64,000 nt of DNA from Synechococcus sp. (GTDB taxonomy: Bacteria > Cyanobacteriota > Cyanobacteriia > Thermostichales > PCC-7336): assembly GCA_051439425.1 (NCBI GenBank), contig JBFRWD010000075.1:1-64000 (forward strand), given 5' to 3'. Under the pieces are notes generated by a model. The model did not search any database. It saw nothing but the letters and a program-made list of their open reading frames with translations, and was not told the origin of the DNA. Shown here in pieces: positions 19,983 to 29,515 of the stretch (its first letter is position 1; the number at the start of each line of letters is the position of its first letter). The translations under genes and the position numbers were made by a program.

Positions 19983-21059
19983 GTGCGCATTGCCGTTGAC
20001 GCCATGGGAGGCGATTACGCCCCTGCCGAAATTGTGAAAGGAGCCCTGCTGGCTCGCGACGAATACGCTATTGAAATATTGTTGGTGGGTCGCCCTGACG
20101 CTATCCGCCCTCACCTGCCGCAGTCGCTACCGCGTGGTATCGAGATTGTTGAGGCGGAAGACGAGATTGGCATGAGCGAAGAGCCAGCTGTGGCGATTCG
20201 CCGCAAACGGAAGGCCTCGATTCGCATCACTATGGATATGGTGCGCAAGGGTCGGGCAGATGCCGCTGTGGCCGCTGGTAATACCGGGGCTGCGATGGCA
20301 GCGGCTCTACTACGGTTGGGTCGCATTCCTGGAATTGACCGTCCGGCGATCGCTGCGTTAATGCCCACATTGCTACAAAAGCCAGTCATGTTGCTGGATG
20401 TGGGCGCCAATGTTGATGCCAAGCCGAAGTACTTAGAACATTTCGCGATTATGGGCTCCATCTACAGCCAGTACGTGCTGGGTGTGAGGGAGCCGCGAGT
20501 CGGATTGCTCAATATTGGTGAAGAATCCAGCAAGGGTAACGATCAGGTGATTACTGCTTACCAGCATTTGTCGAGTGTGAGCCACATTAACTTTGCTGGC
20601 AACGCTGAAGGTCGTGACGTGCTGACTGGCGATTTTGACGTTGTTGTGTGCGATGGATTTGTTGGCAACATCCTGCTGAAATTTGCTGAAAGTGTGGGCA
20701 TGGTGGCCACCCAAATTTTGCGAGAAGAACTGCCGAGAGGCTGGCACGGAAAGTTGGGGGCGACGATTTTGAAGCCCAACCTCAAGAGTGTGAAGCGACG
20801 GATGGATTACGCCGAGTATGGTGGCGGATTGTTGTTGGGGGTGAATGGGGTTTGCATTATTACCCACGGCAGCTCGAAGGCTCCGATGGTGTCGAATGCC
20901 ATTCGCTTGGCCAAAGAAGCGGTAGAAGCGGATGTGATCGAGCGCGTCCATACTGAGGTAATTGCTGCGCAAGAGGATATTGATCGCAGCGAGGAGAAAA
21001 AAAAATTGACCCCCCTAGAGCCGGTCGCGTCTGCGAAAGCTTCTGATGCTTCTAGATGA
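19983..21059 (+). CDS. plsX: Phosphate acyltransferase PlsX
   Basis: RIAVDAMGGDYAP, AGNTGA, IDRPAI, LDVGANVD, NIGEESSKG, DGFVGN, HGSS. Confidence 0.97.
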   Translation: MRIAVDAMGGDYAPAEIVKGALLARDEYAIEILLVGRPDAIRPHLPQSLPRGIEIVEAEDEIGMSEEPAVAIRRKRKASIRITMDMVRKGRADAAVAAGNTGAAMAAALLRLGRIPGIDRPAIAALMPTLLQKPVMLLDVGANVDAKPKYLEHFAIMGSIYSQYVLGVREPRVGLLNIGEESSKGNDQVITAYQHLSSVSHINFAGNAEGRDVLTGDFDVVVCDGFVGNILLKFAESVGMVATQILREELPRGWHGKLGATILKPNLKSVKRRMDYAEYGGGLLLGVNGVCIITHGSSKAPMVSNAIRLAKEAVEADVIERVHTEVIAAQEDIDRSEEKKKLTPLEPVASAKASDASR

Positions 21060-21146
21060 TGCCTTCGCAAGACTGTCCTCGTAACCCTTGCATCGAAGAC
21101 CCGCTTGCCTTTTGCCCGTGCTGCTTATCTGTAACTGCGAACCACT

Positions 21147-22172
21147 GTGACTGTCGATTCTCCTGCCTCCAATTCTCTCAACTCGGTACAACTAGTTAGT
21201 GTGGCGACGGCTGTTCCTGAGACAGTTTTGACGAATGACGAGCTGGGACAGATTGTCGATACCTCCGACGAATGGATTCGCCCCCGCACCGGAATTCGCG
21301 AACGTCGCATCTTAGAGCCGAGTCGCACTTTGGTCGATCTTGGTGCGGAAGCCGGTCGGTTGGCGATCGCGCAGGCTGGCCTTGAGCCGATGGACATTGA
21401 CCTAATTGTGTTGGCGACATCTACCAGTAGCGAACGATTTGGGGCGGCTGGTGCCATTCAAGGACAGTTGGGAGCCAAGCGAGCGGTGGCGTTTGACCTA
21501 ACGGCGGCTTGCACTGGGTTTGTGTATGCGGTGGCGACGGCGGCGCAGTTTTTGCAGACGGGGGTGTATCGGCGGGCATTGATTGTGGCGGCAGATGTGT
21601 TGTCGCGCACAGTGGATTGGAGCGATCGCCGTACCTGCGTTCTATTTGGTGATGGTGCCGGAGCGGTTGTATTGGAAACTGGTTCGACTCAGGGATTGCT
21701 GGGGATGGAGTTGCGTACGGATGGTACGGGCAGCGATTTGCTGACGTTAGAGAATAAGTCGGAATCGGTGGAGCTGACTGACTCCATTTCTGTAGGGCAG
21801 TATCGCAATCAGTTCATTGCCATGAATGGGCGCGAGGTTTACAAGTTTGCGGTGCGAGAAGTGCCGGAGGTCGTGGAGAAGACGCTGTTTCGGGCGGGTC
21901 TGGATGCGGCGGATGTGGATGGATATTTCATGCATCAGGCGAATCAGCGGATTTTGGATGCGATCGCCAAACGCCTGAAAGTAGACAATGACCGGTTTGC
22001 GAGCGTTCTCGATCGCTACGGCAATACCTCAGCGGCGTCGATTCCGTTGGCGCTGGCGGATTGGGTGGAGTCGGGCAAGTTGAAGACCGGACAGACGGCG
22101 CTGGCGGCAGGGTTTGGTGCAGGACTGACTTGGGGGGCGATCGCTTTTAAGTGGGGGCGATTGGACGGTTAG
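21147..22172 (+). CDS. fabH: 3-oxoacyl-ACP synthase III
   Basis: DTSDEWIRPRTGI, AACTGF, FGDGAGA, MNGREV, HQANQRI, GNTSAAS, GFGAGLTWG. Confidence 0.97.
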   Translation: MTVDSPASNSLNSVQLVSVATAVPETVLTNDELGQIVDTSDEWIRPRTGIRERRILEPSRTLVDLGAEAGRLAIAQAGLEPMDIDLIVLATSTSSERFGAAGAIQGQLGAKRAVAFDLTAACTGFVYAVATAAQFLQTGVYRRALIVAADVLSRTVDWSDRRTCVLFGDGAGAVVLETGSTQGLLGMELRTDGTGSDLLTLENKSESVELTDSISVGQYRNQFIAMNGREVYKFAVREVPEVVEKTLFRAGLDAADVDGYFMHQANQRILDAIAKRLKVDNDRFASVLDRYGNTSAASIPLALADWVESGKLKTGQTALAAGFGAGLTWGAIAFKWGRLDG

Positions 22173-24934
22173 TCGCTCTTCTGATTTTCTTGGATGTTTT
22201 CGGAGAGAGCTTTTTGGCGATCGTGAATGCGTTTAGCTATGTCTTGAGCAACCTCGGTGATCTCTTGCGCTTGGCGTGGGTTTTCTCCTTGAAAGAGTTT
22301 GATTCCTATAATTAGGGGCTCTAGTTTGGACGCTATTGGGCAGTTGGTGAGAACTCGTACCGTTTCTAGGGTGTTACCTCGGACAACAGCTTCGACGAAG
22401 AAACTCGTAATTGGTCCAATGAAATTAGATGCGTTTTTGAGAGTCAATAGTTTTGCAAAGGCTGTAAACGCCTCGTCGTAGAGCTCCAAATGCTCGTGCA
22501 GTAACTGTCCTAGTCTTACCCAAAGCTCTGCGTTATCTGGTTTGAGCTCGATAGCTTTGCGATAAGCTTCCTTTGCCTCACCATAGTTCTTCAAACATTC
22601 ATGCAATAACTTTCCTCGAAATAGCCATAGTATCCATTCATAATTTGGAGGAACGAGTTCGATGGCTTTGCGGTAGGCTTCTTCAGCCTCGTCGTAGCGT
22701 TCCAAACGCACGTGTAGTAGTTTCCCAAAGTGAGCCCAAAAGTTCCATGCTTGACTGGACTTGATAGAGATTCCTTTACAATAAGCTGCTTCAGCTTCGT
22801 CGAACCGCTCCAAATGCTCGTACAGTAACCCTAGTTGTCCCCAAGCCCATTCGTAATCGGGTTCGAGCTCGATAGTCTTGCGATAAGTCTGTTCAGCCTC
22901 GTCGTAACGCTCCAAACACTCGTGCAGTAACTGTCCAAGTTGTCCCAAAGCCCATGCGTCATCGGGTTTGAGCTCGATGGCCTTGCGATAAGTCTGCTCA
23001 GCCTCGTCGTAACGCTCCAAGCGCTCGTGCAGTAATTGTCCGAGTTGTGCCCAATCCCATGCGTCATCGGGTTCGAGCTCGATGGCTTTGCGATAAGCCT
23101 GCTCAGCCTCATCGTAACGCTCCAAACGCTCGTGTAGTAATTGTCCTAGTTTTGCCCAATCCCATGCGTCATCGGGTTTGAGCTCGATGGCTTTGCGATA
23201 AGCCTGCTCAGCTTCGTTGTAACGCTCCAAACGCTCGTGCAGTAATTGCCCTAGTTTTGCCCAATCCCATGCGTCATCGGGTTTGAGCTCGGTAGCCTTG
23301 CGATAAGCCTGCTCAGCCTCGTCGTAACGCTCCAAACGCTCGTGCAGTAACTGTCCTAGTTTTGCCCAAGCCCATTCGTAATCGGATTTGAGCTCTATGG
23401 CCTTGCGATAAGCTTCCTCAGCCTCGTCGTAGCGCTCCAAATGCTCGTGCAGTAATTGCCCTAGTTGTGTCCATGCTTTATGGTCATGTGGATTTATCTC
23501 GATGCGCTTGCGAAGCTCTTTTTCAGACTCTATCGGCGATAACGAGACAGCAGATTCTGAGGTGTCTGTAAGTGCGTTTGAAAGCTGTTTCAACTCTTCA
23601 GGAAGATCGAAAGCGGTAAAAAAGTCTTCTGGAGTTGCCTTTAATATTTCCGTCTTGAGTGATTTGGTGATTCCTTTATGATTGACAATTTCGCCATATG
23701 CACAATACAAATCTTGCCGGAAATCTTGATTGATCCCACCAATTTCCTTCGCCAATTTTGTAGTTGCAAGTACAAGATCTTGCTCTTGATAATATTGCAC
23801 CATAAAATCGACAGCCGCTCTTACCCGACTGGCGGCTGTGCTGCGGCGTCGCATCAAATAGTAAATGTTGTAAAGCCTTTCAGTTGCCTGATAGTACTTC
23901 CTACGTCCTTCTTTTTCAACAACTTCTACTGCCCCTCGATTTACCAAACGATTCAATACAGAGCTCGCTTTGTTAATGTCTAACCGTGCTTTTTGTGAAA
24001 CTTCTTTTGCTGTCGCAGGATCCCAGATCTCCAGCAATGCAACAAAAATCTTCCGTTCCTGGGCTGGCAGACTTTCAAGTTGGCCTTTAAAATAATCCGT
24101 GTGCTCATCAATTAATCGAGTCAGATTAGTCATTAAGTCTTGAAATGACAATTGCGCAGCAAACTCCGCCAAAATTCTAACGAGCCGAGGATTTCCTCCA
24201 GTCAATATTCTGACGGGATGTAATTGCTGTTCTGAAATTTCTTGTCCTGTGATTTTGTTCCAAAGCGGTTGACAATCTGCTGTACTTAAAGGTTTTAATT
24301 CAATCTGCTCAAATAGCTCGAACCAAGCTTTATCGATGTTTGAAATCTCATCAAAACTGGCTGTTGCCGTTCCCAATAGCATTGCACGCGGCTCGTTCAT
24401 TAACGTATGGCGCAACGTCCAATCATCATCGCTACCAAGCTGTTCCTCCAACAACATGTTCAGATTTTCAACAACCAGTAGTAGCTTCCCCCCCCGTTCA
24501 TCCACAAAATCCATTAGCTGCGCTAACGCCCTTGCCGCCAGCCGCTGGTCGTCCATCTCCGATTCCAGCTCGTCGTATACCAATTGCCACCGACCGTCTT
24601 TCGTTTGTTCCCCTAAATAAAACAACGCTTCCCGCCAAAATTCCCCCGGACTTGTAACCGAATAGACCTCTTCACCAAACACCAGCGGATACCAATCCGC
24701 ATCCAACTCTTTGCTCCGACGAATCTCCGCAGCTACTCGTCGCACCAGCGTTGTCTTTCCAGTCCCTCGCGCCCCAATCAACAACACGTGCTGGTTGCTT
24801 TCCGCCTCCACGTTGTCCCGGATCCGTTCTATCGTCAGGTCGAGATACTCATTGCGCACCACAAACTGTTTGATGACCTCGTCATCGCTGCTAAACCCCG
24901 GATTGTATTTGGGAGCTGACAGAACCACCATCAC
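22169..24934 (-). CDS. STAND-like P-loop NTPase + winged helix + TPR array
   Basis: Walker A GARGTGKTT, atypical Walker B LLVVEN, TGGNPR, wHTH-like segment (ATAKEVSQKARL...LNRLVNRG), about 10 TPRs; GTGA overlap with the upstream ATPase. Confidence 0.85.
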   Translation of the reverse strand: MMVVLSAPKYNPGFSSDDEVIKQFVVRNEYLDLTIERIRDNVEAESNQHVLLIGARGTGKTTLVRRVAAEIRRSKELDADWYPLVFGEEVYSVTSPGEFWREALFYLGEQTKDGRWQLVYDELESEMDDQRLAARALAQLMDFVDERGGKLLLVVENLNMLLEEQLGSDDDWTLRHTLMNEPRAMLLGTATASFDEISNIDKAWFELFEQIELKPLSTADCQPLWNKITGQEISEQQLHPVRILTGGNPRLVRILAEFAAQLSFQDLMTNLTRLIDEHTDYFKGQLESLPAQERKIFVALLEIWDPATAKEVSQKARLDINKASSVLNRLVNRGAVEVVEKEGRRKYYQATERLYNIYYLMRRRSTAASRVRAAVDFMVQYYQEQDLVLATTKLAKEIGGINQDFRQDLYCAYGEIVNHKGITKSLKTEILKATPEDFFTAFDLPEELKQLSNALTDTSESAVSLSPIESEKELRKRIEINPHDHKAWTQLGQLLHEHLERYDEAEEAYRKAIELKSDYEWAWAKLGQLLHERLERYDEAEQAYRKATELKPDDAWDWAKLGQLLHERLERYNEAEQAYRKAIELKPDDAWDWAKLGQLLHERLERYDEAEQAYRKAIELEPDDAWDWAQLGQLLHERLERYDEAEQTYRKAIELKPDDAWALGQLGQLLHECLERYDEAEQTYRKTIELEPDYEWAWGQLGLLYEHLERFDEAEAAYCKGISIKSSQAWNFWAHFGKLLHVRLERYDEAEEAYRKAIELVPPNYEWILWLFRGKLLHECLKNYGEAKEAYRKAIELKPDNAELWVRLGQLLHEHLELYDEAFTAFAKLLTLKNASNFIGPITSFFVEAVVRGNTLETVRVLTNCPIASKLEPLIIGIKLFQGENPRQAQEITEVAQDIAKRIHDRQKALSENIQENQKSD
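22465..23490 (-). repeat. About 105-bp (35-aa) tandem TPR-coding repeats; central units nearly identical at DNA level
   Basis: Recurrent WAKLGQLLHERLERYDEAEQAYRKAIELKPDD; boundaries approximate. Confidence 0.9.
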
Positions 24935-26175
24935 CCATCCCCCCGATCGCTAGCAGACACGTAGCTAAAACCGTAATGGTTTTTCCACCAATCCCTCAAT
25001 AAATTCGATTCAAATTCATAACAGGCATCCCGTTGAATCAAATACCCGTCGTGCTTCAAGATCCCCAAAATCTCTATCAGCGAACTGTCTTCTCCAACCT
25101 CTCCGTAGTCTTGGCAAATCATCTGTGCTGCTGCTGGAGTTAACTGCCCAACAACTGCCGCTTCAGTCAATAGCTCTAACGTCAGTGGATGTTGTTTCAC
25201 ACTCAACACCATCTTGATGCGCTCTTCTAAGTGACTCAGATCGGCATGTCCCCTTACTCCCAACATGTCTTGCTGGTAAATACGCTCGGCTAGATCGAGA
25301 GAAATCGTTTCAAGGCTATTCTTCCTGCAATGTTGGTAGAGGTGGCTAAAGAACATCTGGACGTGGTACGGAATGCAAACCCCTAGTAACGCCGCCATCC
25401 GCTGCTGCACATCATCTTCAAACGTGAGCTGAACCTCATTTGCTAAGGCATCCCAACAGGCACAAGCAACGTTTACCGACCATGCCTTCAAATCAAATGG
25501 TGTCAGATGATTGATCGTGGCACTTAACCCCGCCTTTCGTAACAGCGGCTCTAACCCAATCGACCCCGTTACCACAAACCTCAACGTCCCCTGGTGTTGC
25601 AAGCAATTCCTTCTCAGCCAAGACATCCATAGCTCGGCTTCCTCCTTACGCTCATTGGTCATGCTGTAGTCCGAGCCTTTCAGCATCCGACTCACTAGAA
25701 TCGGCACTTCATCGCAGAAAATCGCCACTGGTTGTTCCGAACTGGCCAATATATCCAAGAGACGATTGCCCTTACTCTGCCAATCACCTGGTGAGAGTCC
25801 CCCACGTAGTTTGATCTTCAACTCGCTGACTTGGATACTCCCTACACTTTGAGCTAGGCCATCCAATGTATTGGCAAACAAGTCCTGAGTTTTGATCCAC
25901 AAGGGTTTATGCTCGCGTGTTGCTACGCTCAACTCGGCGATCGCGTCTGCAGCGTCCTTTGCATCTTGCAAGTCGATATGCAAACAGATGTATCGATCGG
26001 AAATCCGCCGCGACACCTCGTGCATCAAACTTGTTTTTCCCATCCGCCGCTGTGCCACCAACAGCAGATGGTCGCCGCTATCCAACGACTCTTCAAATAG
26101 CTCTAGCTCTGCTTCTCGCCCAAAGAACCGATTGCCCGTTACGTAGTTGCCGACCGTACGCTTGAGCTTGTCCAC
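24931..26175 (-). CDS. P-loop ATPase (AAA/STAND-like) without a sensor domain
   Basis: FFGREAEL, Walker A AQRRMGKTS, Walker B IFCDE, VVTGSIGL, PYHVQ; start placed at GTG 26175 (AAGAGG upstream) rather than 26319. Confidence 0.82.
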   Translation of the reverse strand: MDKLKRTVGNYVTGNRFFGREAELELFEESLDSGDHLLLVAQRRMGKTSLMHEVSRRISDRYICLHIDLQDAKDAADAIAELSVATREHKPLWIKTQDLFANTLDGLAQSVGSIQVSELKIKLRGGLSPGDWQSKGNRLLDILASSEQPVAIFCDEVPILVSRMLKGSDYSMTNERKEEAELWMSWLRRNCLQHQGTLRFVVTGSIGLEPLLRKAGLSATINHLTPFDLKAWSVNVACACWDALANEVQLTFEDDVQQRMAALLGVCIPYHVQMFFSHLYQHCRKNSLETISLDLAERIYQQDMLGVRGHADLSHLEERIKMVLSVKQHPLTLELLTEAAVVGQLTPAAAQMICQDYGEVGEDSSLIEILGILKHDGYLIQRDACYEFESNLLRDWWKNHYGFSYVSASDRGDG

Positions 26176-26191
26176 AGCCAAATGCCTCTTT

Positions 26192-26267
26192 TCAACAATT
26201 CCATTGCCAACAAATTTGTTGGCAAGGTTAATATATCCAACAATTCTGTTGCCAACAAATCCGTTGG
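26192..26267. promoter_or_regulatory. 15-bp-period array of CAAC-N6-GTTG palindromes, including a perfect 22-bp palindrome TTGCCAACAAATTTGTTGGCAA (26204-26225)
   Basis: Units TCAACAATTCCATTG, CCAACAAATTTGTTG, (degenerate), CCAACAATTCTGTTG, CCAACAAATCCGTTG; regulatory role is inferred. Confidence 0.45.
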
Positions 26268-26359
26268 GGATATTCAGAAAGAGAAAAGCCCCCATTGAGA
26301 ACTGCTCAATAGAGGCCAAGGTTATTGAATTACCTCTGTCTTCAGGGATCTGAAGGTGT

Positions 26360-27541
26360 CTATCCCTTCACGCACACCACCTGTTTGAGGGTGGCGACAA
26401 CTTCTACCAAGTCGGTTTGGCTGGCCATCACCTCCTCAATTGGTTTGTAAGCACCGGGAATTTCATCCAGAATCCCTTTGTCTTTGCGGCATTCGACACC
26501 GGCGGTTTGCTCGATTAGGTCATCGAGTGTGTAGGCTTTCTTTGCTTTGGTGCGGGACATGCGGCGTCCGGCTCCGTGGCTGCAAGAACAGTAACTGGCG
26601 TGGTTACCTTTGCCTTTAACGATGTAGGACTTGGCGCCCATCGAGCCGGGGATGATGCCGTAGTCGGTGGTGCGGGCGCGGACGGCTCCCTTGCGGGTGA
26701 CGTATACGTCTTCGCCGAAGTGGTTTTCTTGCTCGGCGTAGTTGTGGTGGCAGTTGACGGCCAGCAGGGGCTTGGTGGGTTTGCCTCCGGCAAGATGCTT
26801 CTCAACGATGTGCTTGAAGCGGGCCATCATGACGTCGCGGTTGAAGCGGGCGTAGTCTTGCGCCCATTGCAGGTCGTGCCAGTAGGCAGCGAACTCGGGG
26901 GTGCCTTTGACGAAGTGGGCCAGGTCGGGATCGGGTAGGGTTTCGTCAGCTAGTTGAGCGAGCCCTTTTGCCGTTTTGATGTGGTTTTGGGCCAGTTTGT
27001 TGCCGATGTTGCGGGAGCCAGAGTGCAGCATCAGCCAGACGGTGTTGTCGGTGTCGAGGCAGAGCTCGATGAAGTGGTTGCCGCCGCCAAGGGAGCCCAT
27101 TTGGTGGAGAGATTTGGATTCTAGTTTTTGGACACCTTTGTGCAGGTTTTTGAACGAGCGCCAGCCGTTCCAGTTGTAGGCGTCTTTTTCGACGTCCTTG
27201 TTTTGGTTGAATCCGGTGGGGATAGCGGCTTCGATGTCTAGGCGAATTTTCTTGAGTTTGCCCTCTAGCATGTCGCCCGTAAATGGGGTTTTGATGGCGC
27301 ACATCCCGCAGCCAATATCCACGCCGACAGCAGCGGGGATGATGGAATCTTTGGTGGCGATGACGGAACCGACTAGGGCTCCTTTGCCCAGGTGGACGTC
27401 GGGCATGAGGGCGACGTGTTTGTAGACGAAGGGGAGGTTGGCGACGTTTTTGGCCATCCGGTATTCGTCGGAGCTAAGCTCGTGGTTTGCCCAAGAGTAA
27501 ACGGGCTTATCGGTAGGTAGATTTAGATCTTTCTGTGACAT
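26360..27541 (-). CDS. rtcB: RtcB RNA ligase (3'-phosphate/5'-OH)
   Basis: MPDVHLGKG, VGVDIGCGM, GSLGGGNHFIE, LHSGSRN, CHHNY, RKGA, IPGSMG, SCSHGAGR, DEIPGAYK, VKG; start at ATG 27541. Confidence 0.96.
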   Translation of the reverse strand: MSQKDLNLPTDKPVYSWANHELSSDEYRMAKNVANLPFVYKHVALMPDVHLGKGALVGSVIATKDSIIPAAVGVDIGCGMCAIKTPFTGDMLEGKLKKIRLDIEAAIPTGFNQNKDVEKDAYNWNGWRSFKNLHKGVQKLESKSLHQMGSLGGGNHFIELCLDTDNTVWLMLHSGSRNIGNKLAQNHIKTAKGLAQLADETLPDPDLAHFVKGTPEFAAYWHDLQWAQDYARFNRDVMMARFKHIVEKHLAGGKPTKPLLAVNCHHNYAEQENHFGEDVYVTRKGAVRARTTDYGIIPGSMGAKSYIVKGKGNHASYCSCSHGAGRRMSRTKAKKAYTLDDLIEQTAGVECRKDKGILDEIPGAYKPIEEVMASQTDLVEVVATLKQVVCVKG

Positions 27542-27712
27542 GGTTATTTCTCTCTTTCTTCTTCTTGGTCGGTGTTTTGGGTCGAATTTGTAGCGAGCAG
27601 CTACGACAATTGATGGAATTTGTTGCTGGTGGCAGGCAAGTAAGAATTGCTTTTTGGCAAAAGTGTAGATAAGCCTCATGCTCACATAGCAGAGGAGGCT
27701 TGAGGAGCATTC

Positions 27713-29314
27713 CTACAAATCTCCGTTGGCAATCATCTGAATGGCCCGAGGGGCACCGGGGTCAAACCCAGCGAAATCCCACGACAACGGATCTTGAGGA
27801 TCGACCAAAGAGATGCGGTACGGAGCCAGCGAAACGTAAACCGCTTTCGCATCGGGATTCACCTTACGGCGATACTCTGCCAACGCCTGTGCGGGATGTC
27901 GCTTGCCTGCCCACGACTCGCAATCTGTCCAGAAGCAAAACACATCCGTCCAGACCCGCTTGGCGATCGCCCAGTCATACGCCACCGACGCATCCGTCCC
28001 CCCAAACGTTTGTCGCGTCGTCTTCTGCAACGCAGACGAGAAACAATCCCGAGCCGTAATCCCCAAGTCTTTGAAGGTAGTCGAGAATCCGCGAATAACA
28101 TAGTTTTTCTCGGCTTTCGCCGTTACCAACGCCATCGTTGTCGCAATCTCGCTACAAGACAGATTCATAGACCCGCCAGAGTAACAAGACATAGACCCCG
28201 AAACATCGACCGCATGCAAGAACGTCTTGCCCGTAGGCTTCACGGTCTCAAACGAACGCTCCAGAGCTTTCTCTAAAATGTCGCAAATGCGAGGAATCGG
28301 TTCCCACGTCTTCTTGCTGCGACCGGATCGACCCCCAGATCGATAAGTCTTCAGCGCCTTCAACACGTCAATCGGATGAATCCGTCCCTTGCGCAAGCGA
28401 TCGCGACTGGTCAACACCTTCGCCACCCGCCTCAAGTTCTTAGACTTGTGAACTTGCAACACCCCAATTTCAGTCAAAGACCCCAAGTTGCGCAACAGCG
28501 CCCCAATCGGCATGTCTTCAAACAGTAACTGCCAAGCGTTGGCATCCATCTTGGCGATCGGAGCCACCATCTCGTGGGTCAATCGCCCCTCGGAGATCGC
28601 CATGCAGGTACTGTCAGGATTGCGCTTCAACCACTCGTACCACCACACCTGAGCAATCGGTCCATTGGGCACCCGATCGGGCAATGTCTCCCACCCATTT
28701 ACCACCCAGTCGTAGAGAGCCTGGTGCCCTTCTGTCTCAGGCTTAACGTGGAATAAACGCAAGGCATCGCGATTGCTAAACCCATGCCGTTGTCGGTACT
28801 TCAACAACTGATAAGTCAACCACTTCACATCAGGATTCGACAACCACCCCTTACCGCATTCCCGCACCACCTTACCCAAACCACGCACGGACTTGGTGTA
28901 GTTCAACCACTCGTAAAAATGACTGCCGGTGCGCACCACCTTAGGGAAAATCTCCATAAATGCCTGTTTTGCAGCATGGGAATCCCCCATAGACAGCAAC
29001 ACCAAGGCGTAGATGGGGGCGCTGTTGTTGATGGAACGACCGTCGCTAGCCGAGACAATCTCGCTCGCGGTGCGGGCTGGGTCTTTGTCCACACAAGCCA
29101 AGACCGTATCGGTAAAGTCACCGGTTAAATCGTGTTTGTCGGCGTAATAGGTGCTTTGCGCCGTGCCGATCAGCAAGCAGCGGGTCAGCATGGTCCAGGG
29201 GCCGGGGTCAAACATGTAACCGCCAGACCGACCACGTACCATCTCCTGTTCACGTCCGGGAATCGGTTGATGTTGAGGAGTTTTAGTAGTCGAGGTGAAA
29301 AATTTATATGACAT
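27713..29314 (-). CDS. rsr: Ro60/TROVE-domain RNA-binding protein with C-terminal vWA domain
   Basis: SGGYMF, LLIGT...TYY, VRTGSH, KYRQRHG...RDALRLFH, MPIGALLRNLG, RIHP, AVDVSGSM (MIDAS), GGTD, WTD, GFD; start at ATG 29314 with GGAG upstream. Confidence 0.93.
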   Translation of the reverse strand: MSYKFFTSTTKTPQHQPIPGREQEMVRGRSGGYMFDPGPWTMLTRCLLIGTAQSTYYADKHDLTGDFTDTVLACVDKDPARTASEIVSASDGRSINNSAPIYALVLLSMGDSHAAKQAFMEIFPKVVRTGSHFYEWLNYTKSVRGLGKVVRECGKGWLSNPDVKWLTYQLLKYRQRHGFSNRDALRLFHVKPETEGHQALYDWVVNGWETLPDRVPNGPIAQVWWYEWLKRNPDSTCMAISEGRLTHEMVAPIAKMDANAWQLLFEDMPIGALLRNLGSLTEIGVLQVHKSKNLRRVAKVLTSRDRLRKGRIHPIDVLKALKTYRSGGRSGRSKKTWEPIPRICDILEKALERSFETVKPTGKTFLHAVDVSGSMSCYSGGSMNLSCSEIATTMALVTAKAEKNYVIRGFSTTFKDLGITARDCFSSALQKTTRQTFGGTDASVAYDWAIAKRVWTDVFCFWTDCESWAGKRHPAQALAEYRRKVNPDAKAVYVSLAPYRISLVDPQDPLSWDFAGFDPGAPRAIQMIANGDL

Positions 29315-29368
29315 CTTTTCTTCTCCGTCCCTGATGGGATAAACGAACGGTGTCCCCAAATGGGGAAG

Positions 29369-29493
29369 GGAGACGGACGGGAATCGAACCCGTATCTCGG
29401 CGGACAAAAGGGGGGATCGTTAACAGCGATAACCTTGAGTCCTTCAGCCCTTGCGGGCAATCAGTGCGCTCTACCGTTTGAGCTACCGACTCC
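29369..29493 (-). ncRNA. Y-RNA-like tRNA mimic, unit D (module in permuted order)
   Basis: Acceptor GGAGTCGG/CCGTCTCC, D arm GCTCAAACGGTAGAGC, T arm ACGGG-TTCGATT-CCCGT; anticodon arm replaced by GCCC-GCAA-GGGC-TGAA-GGACTCAAGG-TTATCG...CCTTTTGTCC. Confidence 0.8.
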
Positions 29494-29515
29494 ATATAGG
29501 TTTTGGGAAAAACAT

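Noticed and set aside
22465..23490. CRISPR-like periodicity
   Set aside because: The repeats are in-frame coding TPR units with no unique spacers, and no cas genes are present
26176..26319. N-terminal 48 aa of the 462-aa ATPase ORF
   Set aside because: This is the translated palindromic 15-bp array (FVGNRIVG/FVGNGIVE); GTG 26175 has a better RBS
27545..27712. A fifth Y RNA between rsr and rtcB
   Set aside because: Hairpins are present (AAGCCTC/GAGGCTT), but there is no GGTTATCG module and no D or T arm
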